Assembly (NCBI GenBank): GCA_964035545.1
Contig: OZ037768.1
Span: 13,029,675 to 13,093,674, forward strand
Reading direction: 5' to 3'
DNA length: 64,000 nt
Source of the DNA: Bugula neritina
Taxonomy: Eukaryota; Animalia; Bryozoa
The stretch's first letter is position 1; every line of letters starts with the position of its first letter. A program made the position numbers and the translations under genes. The notes below the pieces were generated by a model. The model made no database searches. It saw only the letters and a program-made list of their open reading frames with translations, and was not told the DNA's origin. Below, piece after piece: positions 1-17,617 of this stretch.

Positions 1-675
1 CGTGGTCAAGCTAGTAGATTTGTCTGCTGCTGCCGCTGCAACCTGTACAGCTGTCTTCGCCGGCGACAATGACACGTCGTCTGCCCCGACCTGCTGTATC
101 GTGGCACCAGGTCGACTCGCACTATCGGCTTGGAAATAGGCATTCCCAAGCCTTAGAGCTCTCTCCATAGTCTCAACTTCGGCCACCAGCAGATGCTGTT
201 TACGACCGAGATTGTTAATAGACTGGAGGAATGCATCCAGTGCTAGGCTCTGTCGACTGTCGGCAGGCAAGTCGCTGTAAGCGACTTGTGCCAGTCGTTC
301 GACTGCGGTAGCATGCTCTCGCAGGTTGGTTTTAGGATTTCTCCTAAGACTCTGCAGTTGCACGCGAGCATCTCGAGCGGTTAATCCAAACCGAGCTCGT
401 AGTGCTTCAAATATGTCACCGACATTCTGGCTTATCCCATAGGGTTTAGCCGGCCCTGTCAGACATAACCGCAGCTGGATCAGAGCAACCCTGTTCGGCC
501 ATCCACAGATATCCGCCACATCACTAAACTCAGTGATGAATTGCTCCACATCTTCTTCCCCTGAGAAGATGGGAGCCCGCAAGTGGTACCTGTCCATAGG
601 CAGCGCTAAGCCGCCTATGTGATCCTCCTCTATTGCGGCTGGCTCCTGTCTGGGCGCGTCGACTTCCTCGGCCAT
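1..675 (-). CDS. Gag of element A, N-terminal part (MAEEVDAPRQEP...)
   Basis: ATG at 675. Same sequence as 41873-42229, but CGA where that copy has a TGA stop. Confidence 0.8.
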   Translation of the reverse strand, partial: MAEEVDAPRQEPAAIEEDHIGGLALPMDRYHLRAPIFSGEEDVEQFITEFSDVADICGWPNRVALIQLRLCLTGPAKPYGISQNVGDIFEALRARFGLTARDARVQLQSLRRNPKTNLREHATAVERLAQVAYSDLPADSRQSLALDAFLQSINNLGRKQHLLVAEVETMERALRLGNAYFQADSASRPGATIQQVGADDVSLSPAKTAVQVAAAAADKSTSLTT

Positions 676-710
676 CCTACTCCCTGGCTAGGAGCATTTG
701 TATTAAGTGG

Positions 711-729
711 AATCCCACCGCTGCCACCA
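711..729 (-). promoter_or_regulatory. Primer-binding site complementary to tRNA-Leu 3' end
   Basis: Plus strand AATCCCACCGCTGCCACCA matches the 3' end plus CCA of metazoan tRNA-Leu(AAG/TAG), 1 nt from the LTR. The same 19-mer occurs beside the 5' LTRs at 6017-6035, about 20486-20504 and 42265-42283. Confidence 0.9.
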
Positions 730-1828
730 CTGTAGTGAATTTTGCTCTTAACTATATTATATGTGGGTCAACTTAAACAAAGCCACTACACCAGGTTGTT
801 TACGCTAAGATAACTTCATTATTTACACGAATACAAGAAGGTTATTTACTGCTATTATGAATAGAAAACGATTACATAATTAATGAGCTTTAATACACAA
901 CTACTCTGAATGAAGTCCCAAGCTGCTCTGCCGGCTAGCTACTCAGCGCACTGCAACTACGAGTAGCTAGCTCCACCTGCTATCAATTAGTGTGTCTGTC
1001 CTGATTGATGGTTACTAGTGGTGCCACTGCTGTCCATAGCTACATGCCGATGTAGTCGAACTCACAATATAATAAACAGTATAGAGTGAACCTTTTCGAT
1101 TAATACCAATAATGATTGCACCACTAAAATCTATCACAGTATATAGTTTTACAGTAAGTGATTCCAATAGACAATGGACACCATCTTAGGATAGCTAAGG
1201 TTGGCTATTGTTGTGAGTTTTAGCACAATTATCAAGCGTGGATTGCCTGCGTATTTAGTTTCAATTTAACTAGCAACTACTAACAGAGCTTGCGTACGAT
1301 AACCTTTATTTAATTCGATAAACATAATTATAACAGTATGTCAAAACCACAATACATCAATCAATTATAACACGTCTTACTACTACGAGCCCCTGCTCTC
1401 AACACACATGGTTTCTGCTAGCTAACCCGCGAACAGTCACTTGACCGGAACCTTGCCTTCCGGTCCTTCTGATTGGATAGTAAAACATAGTTATAAGTAT
1501 TCCCATACAGGAGGGGACGAATCCATTATTATGCTACGTAATCCCATTACACCGCCCCCACCAGCAGAAAGACCTACTTTCTGATAAAAACAAAAATAGT
1601 ATAATAATGCAAAAATAACATAAGTCAAGAAAATCCACAAAGAGAAAGAAAAGAAATATCAAACGTACGACATATGTGATATACAAGTAAGATAACGAAT
1701 GGCCAGCGTACAACTGGCCAGCTATAAAGAGAGAGTCCTGGATCGTAGGTCATTAGTAGTCGAGCATTTACACGATCACAACAAAGTATCCTGGGAACAT
1801 GCGGGGTGGAATTGGCAACTGCCAGCTC

Positions 1829-2568
1829 CTATTTTTGCGGGGACTGGATCCGGTGTCGTGCCTGCCGTGCACGTAGCCTACGCTTTAGGCGTCCTACTGA
1901 GCCCTTCAATTCACTAAGACCCATTGTAGTACTGAGTAAGTCGGGTGCCAACTGGGTGAATTCATCCTGCAGCCGCAGGAGTTTTTCTTCGACGGTTGCT
2001 AGTCGGGTAGGCCTGGTTGGGGTTGGCGTCGCTTCTTCTGGAGAGTCTGATGCTTCCATGGCGGTATTGTCTAGCCGCGGTATGATCGCAGCGACCGTTT
2101 TCACCATAGGGGACTTCTGACGGGCGGCTGTTAGCAATGTATAAAATCTGGAGGATAATGCGGCCCAGGTTAAAGCCTTCTTAACCACTGGTTTGACCGC
2201 TTCTAGGTATTGGTCGTAGTTGTCCGCGTCTACTACATAGCCCTCACCCGCAAAACAGTCCATCATGTGAGCCAGGACAGGGTATGGGTACACGTCGTGA
2301 AATCTACACGGACAGAACCGTAGCAGGAAGTGTGCATTCACATGCAGCCGTAGTCCTTGGTGTGAGGGAAGCTCTTCGTAACACACATGGCAGGTATGTT
2401 GTGACCTACTCGGTCCCAAGGCTTCTTCAATTTGCGGCTCCGTTCGTCGCGACACCCATCTGTGTCTTCGACGCAGCACCGCGGGCAGTCCGTTGTCTGT
2501 TTCCAGTCCGTTATCCAAGGAGGAGAGAGAGTGTAGATTCTGTGACCTGTTGGTCGATCGAGTGTGAT
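1829..2568 (-). CDS. Accessory ORF of element B (two zinc fingers plus C-terminal coiled coil), probably exon 2 of a spliced transcript
   Basis: CHVC-x12-H-x3-H and CPC-x12-H-x3-C motifs. Heptad-like RLATVEEKLLRLQDEF...LSELKGSVGRLKRRL. Acceptor ...ctcttgcag at 2569. Frame open in B1 and B2. Confidence 0.75.
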
Positions 2569-2874
2569 CTGCAAGAGTATAACAGTGTAAGAGGGTACAC
2601 TGAGTACAACCGGCGTATACAGCCTGGTGGGTACTTAACTCAATTAAACACTCGTGAGACTCAGTTAATGAATAGTTGATGGAAAACACACACTGCTGTA
2701 ACGGACTGTTCAGTCTTAGAGTCAATGTGAATTCTCACCACTAAAAATCATTACCGAGTCTCCAGCTTACTCTATTATAGTTAAGCTGATTATTACAGTT
2801 TAGCCCTCGTACCAAAAACATAACTAACTCACCTCTCGATTCTTGGCAAGCCATTGTGAATGAGAGTGGTATGT

Positions 2875-4966
2875 TTATGATTTCAACGTGCGTCTACTCA
2901 AAGCTGTATTAATGTGATGAAAGAGCGAGCAGCGTGGTTGTGAAACGTGACTATGACTTATTACCTCCGGCGTATGAATCTTATTTGAATTTCTGCCGAG
3001 GCAAAAGTTGATATTTTCGTGGTGCTCACAACTCCCACGCTTTGCTCTCTTCCCCTCACGGCGTCTCGTAGGACGTTTGACCGCGCCCTGAACGGAACGT
3101 GGTAAGTCCTTGCGATACGCGGGGCCTGGCTTAGGACACCGTTTCCGAGGTGTCGTCACTAACCAAGGCGGTTTACGCACCCGTGGACGGTCACGTCTCA
3201 CAGGTGGTGCTTCCAGCCAATTTGTGACAAATGGAGCTTTCCCAGTACCTCCGCACGGAGCCCCTCCCTTAGGGGGTTTTTGCACTTCCAGGTCGGTTCC
3301 TGACCTGGGAAGTGGCGGTGGCGGCTTGCACGCTGACGGCGGTGAGCGCACTTCCCTGAACGGGTGTGGCTTTTCCTGCCTCGCCACTGCTTTGGGTTGC
3401 ATCCTAGGCGGTTTGTCGACCAGGTCAGCAGTCTCCGTCTGCCCGGGTCTTTCTGCACTTTGCCTTCGCCGCCCTACTTCGTCTGTAGGGGGGCCGTGCT
3501 TACTGACCCGGCAGACTCCGCACTGCCTAACTCTGCGTCGTACATCACGCTCCATGTGAGGCCAATACCACCAGAGTTGTAGTTCGGTGAACACCTGTTG
3601 GGCTCCCCCGTCAGCCTGCTGGTGTACCTCTTCTATCAACTCTCAGCGGATGGCGGCAGGACAGAGCATCCTCTCCTGGTCTGGCTGGTGGTGGTTATCG
3701 GCCAAAGATATGGTCAGTAGACCATCCGGCCCGATCCGCAGTGCGTTCCAGCGTCGGCAGTACAGCTGCCACTCGGCGCAGCCCTGCTTCCGTTGTCTGT
3801 CACTGGGTCGTCGCCCTTCCCGTTTCATTCGATAGACGTCGGCTACCACCCCCGGATTATGTTCCTGGACGTGTCCTAGCTCCTTGACGCCATCGGTGGA
3901 GACGGGTTCGGCGTGGGGGTCTTGTGCCACCTCTGGGGGCATGTCAGGGTCCCCAAGGTGAGGTGTAGCCTTGATTTTGTGTAGTGACGTGACCGTCTCT
4001 GGGCGCTGTTCGTCCATCTACGCAACCGTCTGATGTTCTCCCACGGGTCCCCTGGCTGTGGGGTGAGGCAGTCCTTCGCCCGGAGGGCGGGTTCTCTAGA
4101 GGACTTTTCATCGCGGTTTCCCGCGATGGCCTGCTGTTATCTTCTTGAACAGAAGGAGTACAGCTTGGTGGAGAGGTGGGTGGTAGGCTCACTGTCTCCG
4201 AGGGGGAGTGGAGGCATGGCACCGAGGTCTTTCCTTTCCGTGTCAGCTGTTTAGAGTTGTGGACAGGTGGGACCTTCGGGTGCGCGCTCTCTACAGCTCC
4301 CGGCTTGGAGGTACGGCCACTGTCTACCTGGTGGTGGACGGTGTCTCGGGAGTGGCCGGACATAGTACAGGCACGTACTATCGGCTCTTCTCCCGTTAGG
4401 GGATGGCCAAACTTATCGACACAGGCGAGCTCCCTGCCGCCCATAATCATCGCAGATTTACCAAAATCAATGCGACATCCGTGTCGTAAGAATGGCATCC
4501 CAAGGATGGCGTCCTCCTGGAGTTGTCCTACTATAAACCTCTCCTGGATGGTCTGGTCACAGACGCTCCCAGGGAGTTCAATGATACCGTAGAAGGGGAT
4601 GCACGACCCGTCTGCCAGGGTGCCATGATCGCCTTCATACCGTTCCAACCTGCTTCGGATCTGAGCACTGAGTGTGTCGAAGAATCGACGACCCAGGAGG
4701 TTGGTGGTACAGCCTGTGTCCAACAGATATCTGGCAGGTTTGCCGGCTATCTGTCCTGGTAGAAACAGGCTGCTCTCGTGGGGATGTAGTGGTATCTTGG
4801 GTGATCTCATCTCCCTCGCCTTGGCGGAGGGGTTAGGTTCTTGACGACGACTCGGGACCAGCTGCCGAGGGAGTGGCGCCGCGCCCTGCAGCGTTTGGGC
4901 ACCTTTCCTCGCAGACTCTGCGGTCCGTCGTTTGTCAAACCTGTTGCGGGGTGGCATTGAGAACAC
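2875..4966 (-). pseudogene. Reduced pol of B1: aspartic protease, RH-IN linker and integrase zinc-binding region, with frameshift and stop
   Basis: YLLDTGCTTNLLG protease motif. VVADVYRMKREGRRPS...WYWPHMERDVRRRVRQCGVC aligns with element A pol. RT, RNase H and IN core absent. Confidence 0.85.
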
Positions 4967-5072
4967 CGGCGGCGAGCGGCTTGTACAGCCTGCTTGCCGT
5001 CTTGGTGGCCGTTCCGCGAGGTCCCGGACGGGTGTCCGGCGTGGCGAACGCCACTGTGTCCTCCCTTGGGGT

Positions 5073-6002
5073 TTAACGGCGGCCCGCCGGATGTGGGAGC
5101 ATCTGCGGGCCGTTGTACTTTAACCCTGGTCGAAGTCGGGGACAGTGTTTCTGGAAGTGTCCTGGTCTTCCGCACCCCCAGCAGGAGGGGTGTCCTCTAC
5201 CAGGCAACTGCACCGGTGGCCCGTCAAGCTCACGGGTGGTGCCTAGCTGGCTTTCCAAGGCGGAGACCAGTTCAGCTAGCATGTCGGTCATTTGTGCGAC
5301 CTGTGATGCCACCGTCATCTGCGTCACCTTGGCCATCGCTGGAGTTTCCGCGTGAGAAGCGGTAGGAGCAGCAGAGGGCTCCATGTCCACCTGACGAGAA
5401 GTCACACGGCTCCGGTGCAGCTGGCTGGCCAGAAGGTAAGCCTCCCCTTCTGCCAGCGCACCTTCGACCGTGGTGACTCCCCTCGCCAAGAATTGGTGAT
5501 GGAGTCCCAAGTCGTTGATGGACTGCACGAAGGCATCATAGGTATACCTCTCACGGTTTACTTACGGCAGATCGCGAAACGCAATCTGCGCCAGTCTCAT
5601 AACCGTGGTAGCGTGCTATTGTAGCGGCGTGTGAGGATCACGCCGTAGTCTTTGAAGACGGGCCCGCGCATCCACAGCGGAGATACCAAAATGGGCCCGC
5701 AAGGAAGCAAAGATGCCGTCAATGTCTGGTCCCACTCCGTACGGCTTGGCTTTGTCTGACAGCGCCATCCTGAGCTTGAGCAATGCTATTCTAGGTGGCC
5801 ATTGTGCAACCTCCATTACATCTTTGAATTCCTGAACGAATTGCTCCACCGGCTCTTCACCTGAGAAGGTGGGTACCCTCAGCCGGTACTTCTCTTCGTA
5901 ACATTCCCTATGTACTCGCACTTCTGGTTCTATAGGTAAAGCAATGTTATCTTCCTCACCTTCATTCCTCCGAAGGGGTAGCTCTGTGCCTCTTTCTGTC
6001 AT
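5073..6002 (-). pseudogene. Gag of B1 with CCHC zinc knuckle, interrupted by a stop at 5616 and a frameshift
   Basis: PTFSGEEPVEQF and CWGCGRPGHFQKHC. Intact 306-aa version at 19551-20471. Confidence 0.85.
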
Positions 6003-7172
6003 CTTGAAATACGCGAAATCCCACCGCTGCCACCACTGTTGTGAGTTTTAGCACAATTATCAAGCGTGGATTGCCTGCGTATTTAGTTTCAATTTAACTA
6101 GCAACTACTAACAGAGCTTGCCTACAATAACCTTTATTTGATTCGATAAACATAATTATAACAGTATGTCAAAACCACAATACATCAATCAATTATAACA
6201 CGTCTTACTACTACGAGCCCCTGCTCTCAACACACATGGTTTCTGCTAGCTAACCCTCGAACAGTCACTTGACCGGAACCTTGCCTTCCGGTCCTTCTGA
6301 TTGGATAGTAAAACATAGTTATAAGTATTCCCATACAGGAGGGGACGAATCCATTATTATGCTACGTAAACCATTACACTATTTATTGTATCTTTATAAA
6401 CAGAAATAAAATTATTGTTGTTTGCTGAAGCACTGCTGAGTAAATTGCCTCACAACATTAAATCACTAGTATTTCTACAAGGTCAAATGTGCTTCCTATA
6501 TTAATGAAAAACGAAAAATGAGAGAAGTTGAACTTGGACAACTCAAACGTAGACATGCAAAATTTGTCAATCAATCCAAAGTTTCAAGTCAAAATAATGA
6601 TTCTAGCAAACCACCCAGTAAATAAAAATATTATACACCTCAAGGTATATGAGTAGAGTATTTTATTCATTTAGGCTAGATATACAAAAGGATGTTTGTA
6701 CTAAAAAAAAGACGCTGATAGACATAAGGGTCAAGTCAATACAATGGAATTTCTTCCCAAACATAAAGCAGAAGTAAGCTTAATTCTTGCATTATCTGTC
6801 ATAAAATCATCTACAGTCTTTTATTATCATCAAAATATTGCACTCTTCTAAGAGAATAAAGTTGGTGTAGCAGTGAATCTCAGTAAGTAAGATGAAAGTG
6901 TTGACTCAACTGCCAGAGCCTGTTGCACCCACAAGACTGCCAAAGCTGGTTTATAGTCTACTTTTATGTCACCAGCCAAAGGTGCATCATTGTTTGATAG
7001 CTTTGATAGAGATGACTTCCATATACAGGTTACTTCTGCTTATAATCAATTATAGTAATTTATTGAGTTAGCTATATAACTCATAAATAGCATTATTGTA
7101 GCTTCTAGATACAGTTTGAGATTGTATAGAGTTGTAATAGATTCAACATAATTTACTAGTTACTATAGTTTT

Positions 7173-12854
<5,682 letters not shown>

Positions 12855-13550
12855 TTTCGCAGTATAAGCATATTAACACTCAACATAATATTAAGACAAT
12901 AATGTTTTCAATAGAAATGTAGACTAATAATTATGATGTAAACAGTTTTTGTTGTGGGTAGTATTATGATTGTGATGTCATACAACAATGGTATTCCAAT
13001 TTAAATGTACCAAATATTTAAATTTACTATTACATCAACTTCAATATCTTATTATTAGGACTTATAAGCAACAATTGCGGGTTGTCCATATATACTATAT
13101 ATTTATAAGAACAATTGAGTACTATTTATACTCTATTTTCAGCATGTTTTTTATTTACTTATATATGGTTGTGCATGCAGTTCACCATTATACATCTTGA
13201 GTAAATTAGAATAGTTATAATTGTTTATTAGTAACTGTAATTATGAACGTCCCATTATTATTGGTCTCATAAAAAAATTCAATTATTTCGATACAACGTG
13301 CATGTACATAATACAGGAAAATTAATCAGTTTGTGAATAGAAGGGGTAAGGGGGGGGAGGAGGGGGGCATAACGGGGTGAAATTTGAGTTTTTCCTCTCA
13401 TTCGTCTGTTTTTCATGTTACTAGTTCAATAATCTCTAATCTAAATGCTACATCAGTTGTCTATTATTGGTATCAGTTGGTTGGTTGCTTCTATTTCTTT
13501 CACAACTAGTGAAATGCTCATGACGAAAAAATGGCCCATTGTACCCTGAT

Positions 13551-14510
13551 ACGGGGTACAATGGGCTACTGGGTGGGACCAGGAAAAGTCATGTTTTATC
13601 TGTACAGTTTGTGCCACCACAGATAGCAGGGGAGGCAAAATCAAACGCACATAACTCATTACTGTTTAAAACTAAAATTGTTTTTTTTTCTATTTCCACT
13701 TCACAGGAACTTTCATCGGAAAAAACCTTCACTAACATGTACTAAAAAGTTCCGAGCAGATTTTTTTTGTGAACTGTAGCTAAGGTGTATGGCTGAGGTT
13801 TGTGACTGGCGTGCAGAAGAAGGAGGGTGGGGGGAAATGAGCAAATCACAATTTATTTTAGTCAATTACATGTATATTTCCTCAATGATTTAATGTATAG
13901 TGAATACCATAACTATCCATTAGTAGCAAAAGCAGAGTGCTTGGTATGATGTATAAAATGGCAAATTGCTATAACCTCACCAGATGTATGTTAGGGGAGC
14001 TTTACCTTGCAGTTTGGTAGTCTTACTATGATGTCTTTGATATTTTACAAAAATGTCAGAAATGGCTATATCTATAGATTTTAATATTTGAACTATTTTT
14101 TTGGGCAAACAAACTAATAACAGTGATCATGGTGCAATAATCAGGTGGCCAATTGTGGCCCAATCAGCATGGCCAAGTGGCCAAGTTGAAAATAAATGTG
14201 GCTCAAGGAAAATTTATTTTAGAGTTTGCTATCATACTGGTTAAGCAATGTAGAGACAAGCAATGGTAACAATATCAGTAAAATCTAGGCTCGTTACTTT
14301 TGAGTGCAAAAATTTACCAAGGTTTAGCGACATCTTAAAAAATTTTATGTAAAAACAGTTTTTGACTTGCCTCTTCAACATGTATGCTCCACGAGTGTTG
14401 AAACTGCAATGGCTGAATAATTATGTCAATACCACTTTTTTTATTAAAAAAAATCACAATTCTAATAAGTCAATAAGTTCTCACAATTTGATCGGCTTTT
14501 TGTACCCCTA
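13551..14510. mobile_element. Degenerate DNA transposon remnant (possibly pogo/Tigger-like) upstream of each ankyrin gene
   Basis: Ends GGGGTACAA..TTGTACCCC near TA dinucleotides. Weak MPKK.. ORF in the other copies (32972-33166, 53070-53267). Confidence 0.3.
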
Positions 14511-15430
14511 CGACTGTTGTACTCCCCTCTCCCTACTATTAAATTTTAATAACCCGTGAGAGAGAGTTATTTTCTCTCTACTATATTGACTGCTCTTACG
14601 AATCTGAAATTAAATTAAATTCTGTAAACCAACTTCAAACTTATGTCAGACTGCACTGGCTAGTCAGAAAGATACTTTATAATATTTCAGTTGCCTTATT
14701 AGAATTGGAAGCCATTAATGTACCCCATGTAGTGCGGAGTAACTGTTACTCCTTGCTTTACTATTTTTAAATGAAAACCTGAAATATCGCTTTTCTTCCT
14801 TCTTTATATTAATCTTCGAATCTCAGTTCTGATATAAATAAATTTTTCCGTTGCTGGTGCAAGCAGTTAACTGGTCAGATTGGTTGTTGGCAAATATTGA
14901 GAAACGAGGCTTTTGAAAATATATTAAAATATATTTGTTTATTTTTTCCAACTGTCTCGGAATTAGTGCCACACTACTGAATTATTGATTAATACAAAAT
15001 AAAAACATTTCCTAATCAATTTGCTTTAAAAATGATGGCTTAACATAAGCTACAACCTCTACATTTCAATTTTGAATCATTGAAATAAAACACGTTTTAA
15101 CGTGTTAAGTTAAAATGAGGATCAACGTTGTGCAAAATAAAAGGACATAACACCCATTTACCACATAAAATATATCCCAAGATGCATTGGCAGGACAGAC
15201 AGTCCAAGATAAAAGTGCACTACATTAAAACATTATATAACATGCTGAGTAAGAGGTAGAAACAGATAACAGACACTTTTAGTTAGTTACCTAACATCAA
15301 TATTCTAGATTATCATAACACAAAGTAAACTAACTATTAAGACAGTACATATAAACAGTAATTGTCAGATTAGTATATACTTATGTAAACTAGAGTCTAA
15401 CTAGAATATTTAATGAACCGTATCAGGGAG

Positions 15431-15581
15431 TTACGTCTCCTTTGCTTTAGACATGTCCAGTCTGTACTGGTTTCTGCTGAAAAAATCCTTGAAACTTGAT
15501 GCGTATCGATTCTTCACAACAGCCAAAGTTGTCAACAGATTACCAGAACCAAGTTAAAGAAATGCCACTCAAAAATGGTAC
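15431..15581 (-). pseudogene. Duplicated TMEM120 last exon, frameshifted (151 vs 153 bp)
   Basis: Copy of 54580-54732 with two single-base deletions. Confidence 0.85.
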
Positions 15582-15739
15582 CTGAAGTATACAATATACA
15601 CGAATTTTACAAATGATCAAATGCTCTGCATTGCATACAACTAGGTTGCAAGATATTTGTCTTTGTTTATCGCATAATAGTCGATAAACATCTAATAAGA
15701 AATATTAGAGAAAAAGCTCTAGGTTACAATAAGATTGGT

Positions 15740-15790
15740 GTCTGTCCTGATTGGTGGTTACTAGTGGTGCCACTGCTGTCCATAGCTACA
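15740..15790 (-). mobile_element. 51-bp remnant of element A LTR at a deletion junction
   Basis: Matches 42548-42598 and is fused directly to host sequence equivalent to 34794. Confidence 0.85.
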
Positions 15791-16572
15791 TGCCGATGTA
15801 GTCGAACTCACAATATAATAAACAGTATAGAATGAACCTTTTCGATTAATACCAATGATGATTGCACCACTAAAATCTATCACAGTATATAGTTTTACAG
15901 TAAGTGATTCCAATAGACAATGGACACCGTCTTAGGATAGCTAAGGTTGGCTATTGTTGTGAGTTTTAGCACAATCATCAAGCGTGGATTGCCGGTATTT
16001 AGTTTCAATTTAACTAGCAACTACTAACAGAGCTTGTGTACGATAACCTTTATTTAATTCGATAAACATAATTATAACAGTATGTCAAAACCACAATACA
16101 TCAATCAATTATAACACGTCTTACTACTACGAGCCCCTGCTCTCAACACACATGGTTTCTGCTAGCTAACCCGCGAACAGTCACTTGACCGGAACCTTGC
16201 CTTCCGGTCCTTCTGATTGGATAGTAAAACATAGTTATAAGTATTCCCATACAGGAGGGGACGAATCCATTATTATACTACGTAATCCCATTACACCGCC
16301 CCCACCAGCAGAAAGACCTACTTTCTGATGAAAACAAAAATAGTATAATAATGCAAAAATAACATAAGTCAAGAAAATCCACAAAGAGAAAGAAAAGAAA
16401 TATCAAACATACGACATATGTGATATACAAGTAAGATAACGAATGGCCAGCGTACAACTGGCCAGCTATAAAGAGAGAGTCCTGGATCGTAGGTCATTAG
16501 TAGTCGAGCATTTACACGATCACAACAAAGTATCCCGGGAACATGCGGGGTGGAATTGCCAACTGCCAGCTC

Positions 16573-17312
16573 CTATTTTTGCGGGGACTGGATCCGGTGT
16601 CGTGCCTGCCGTGCATGTAGCCTACGCTTTAGGCGTCCTACTGAGCCCTTCAATTCACTAAGACCCATTGTAGTACTGAGTAAGTCGGGGGCCAACTGGA
16701 TGAATTCATCCTGCAGCCGCAGGAGTTTTTCTTCGACGGTTGCTAGTCGGGTAGGCCTGGTTGGGGTTGGCGTCGCTTCTTCTGGAGATTCTGATGCTTC
16801 CATGGGGGTATTGTCTGGCCGCGGTATGATTGCAGCGACCGTTTTCACCATAGGGGACTTCTGACGGGTGGCTGTTAGCAATGTATAAAATCCGGAGGAT
16901 AATGCGGCCCAGGTTAAAGCCTTCTTAACCACTGGTTTGACCGCTTCTAGGTATTGGTCGTAGTTGTCCGCGTCTACTACATAGCCCTCGCCCGCGAAAC
17001 AGTCCATCATGTGAGCCAGGACAGGGTGTGGGTACACGTCGTGAAATCTACACGGACAGAACCGTAGCAGAAAGTGTGCATTCACATGCAGCCGTAGTCC
17101 TTGGTGTGAGGGAAGCTCTTCGTAACACACATGGCAGGTATGTTGTGACCTACTCGGTCCCAAGGCTTCTTCAATTTGCGGCTCCGTTCGTCGCGACACC
17201 CATCTGTGTCTTCGACGCAGCACCGCGGGCGGTCCGTTGTCCGTTTCCGGTCCGTTATCCAAGGAGGAGAGAGAGTGTAGATCCTGTGACCTGTTGGTCG
17301 ATCGAGTATGAT
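16573..17312 (-). CDS. Accessory zinc-finger/coiled-coil ORF of B2
   Basis: Same length and frame as in B1. Acceptor conserved at 17313. Confidence 0.75.
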
Positions 17313-17617
17313 CTGCAAGAGTATAACAGTGTAAGAGGGTACACTGAGTACAACCGGCGTATACAGCCTGGTGGGTACTTAACTCAATTAGACACTCGTG
17401 AGACTCAGTTAATGAATAGTTGATGGAAAACACACACTGCTGTAACGGACTGTTCAGTCTTAGAGTCAATGTGAATTCTCACCACTAAAAATTATTACCG
17501 AGTCCCAGCTTACTCTATTATAGTTAAGCTGATTAATACAGTTTAGCCCTCGTACCAAAAACATAACTAACTCACCTCTCAATTCTTGGCAAGCCATTGT
17601 GAATGAGAGTGGTATGC

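Larger units (their letters stand above)
1..1044 (-). mobile_element. Ty3/Gypsy element A, 5' part (5' LTR, PBS, gag start); continues left of the window
   Basis: Near-identical to 41555-42598. LTR 731-1044 with TGTAG..CTACA termini. PBS at 711-729. Confidence 0.9.
1209..6378 (-). mobile_element. Non-autonomous LTR retrotransposon B, copy 1 (full length, 5170 bp)
   Basis: Two ~343-bp LTRs (1209-1551, 6037-6378; TG..CA; about 6 differences). TSD CTAT at 1205-1208 and 6379-6382. tRNA-Leu PBS. PPT from 1552. No RT YxDD motif and no integrase DDE core. Confidence 0.95.

Noticed and set aside
711-729. Possible tRNA-Leu gene
   Set aside because: Only the 3' 19 nt including CCA are present, next to an LTR, so it is a PBS.
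1699-5624. Many plus-strand ORFs inside elements B and A
   Set aside because: Antisense shadows of GC-rich retroelement coding sequence with no motifs. Their recurrence only reflects the duplication.
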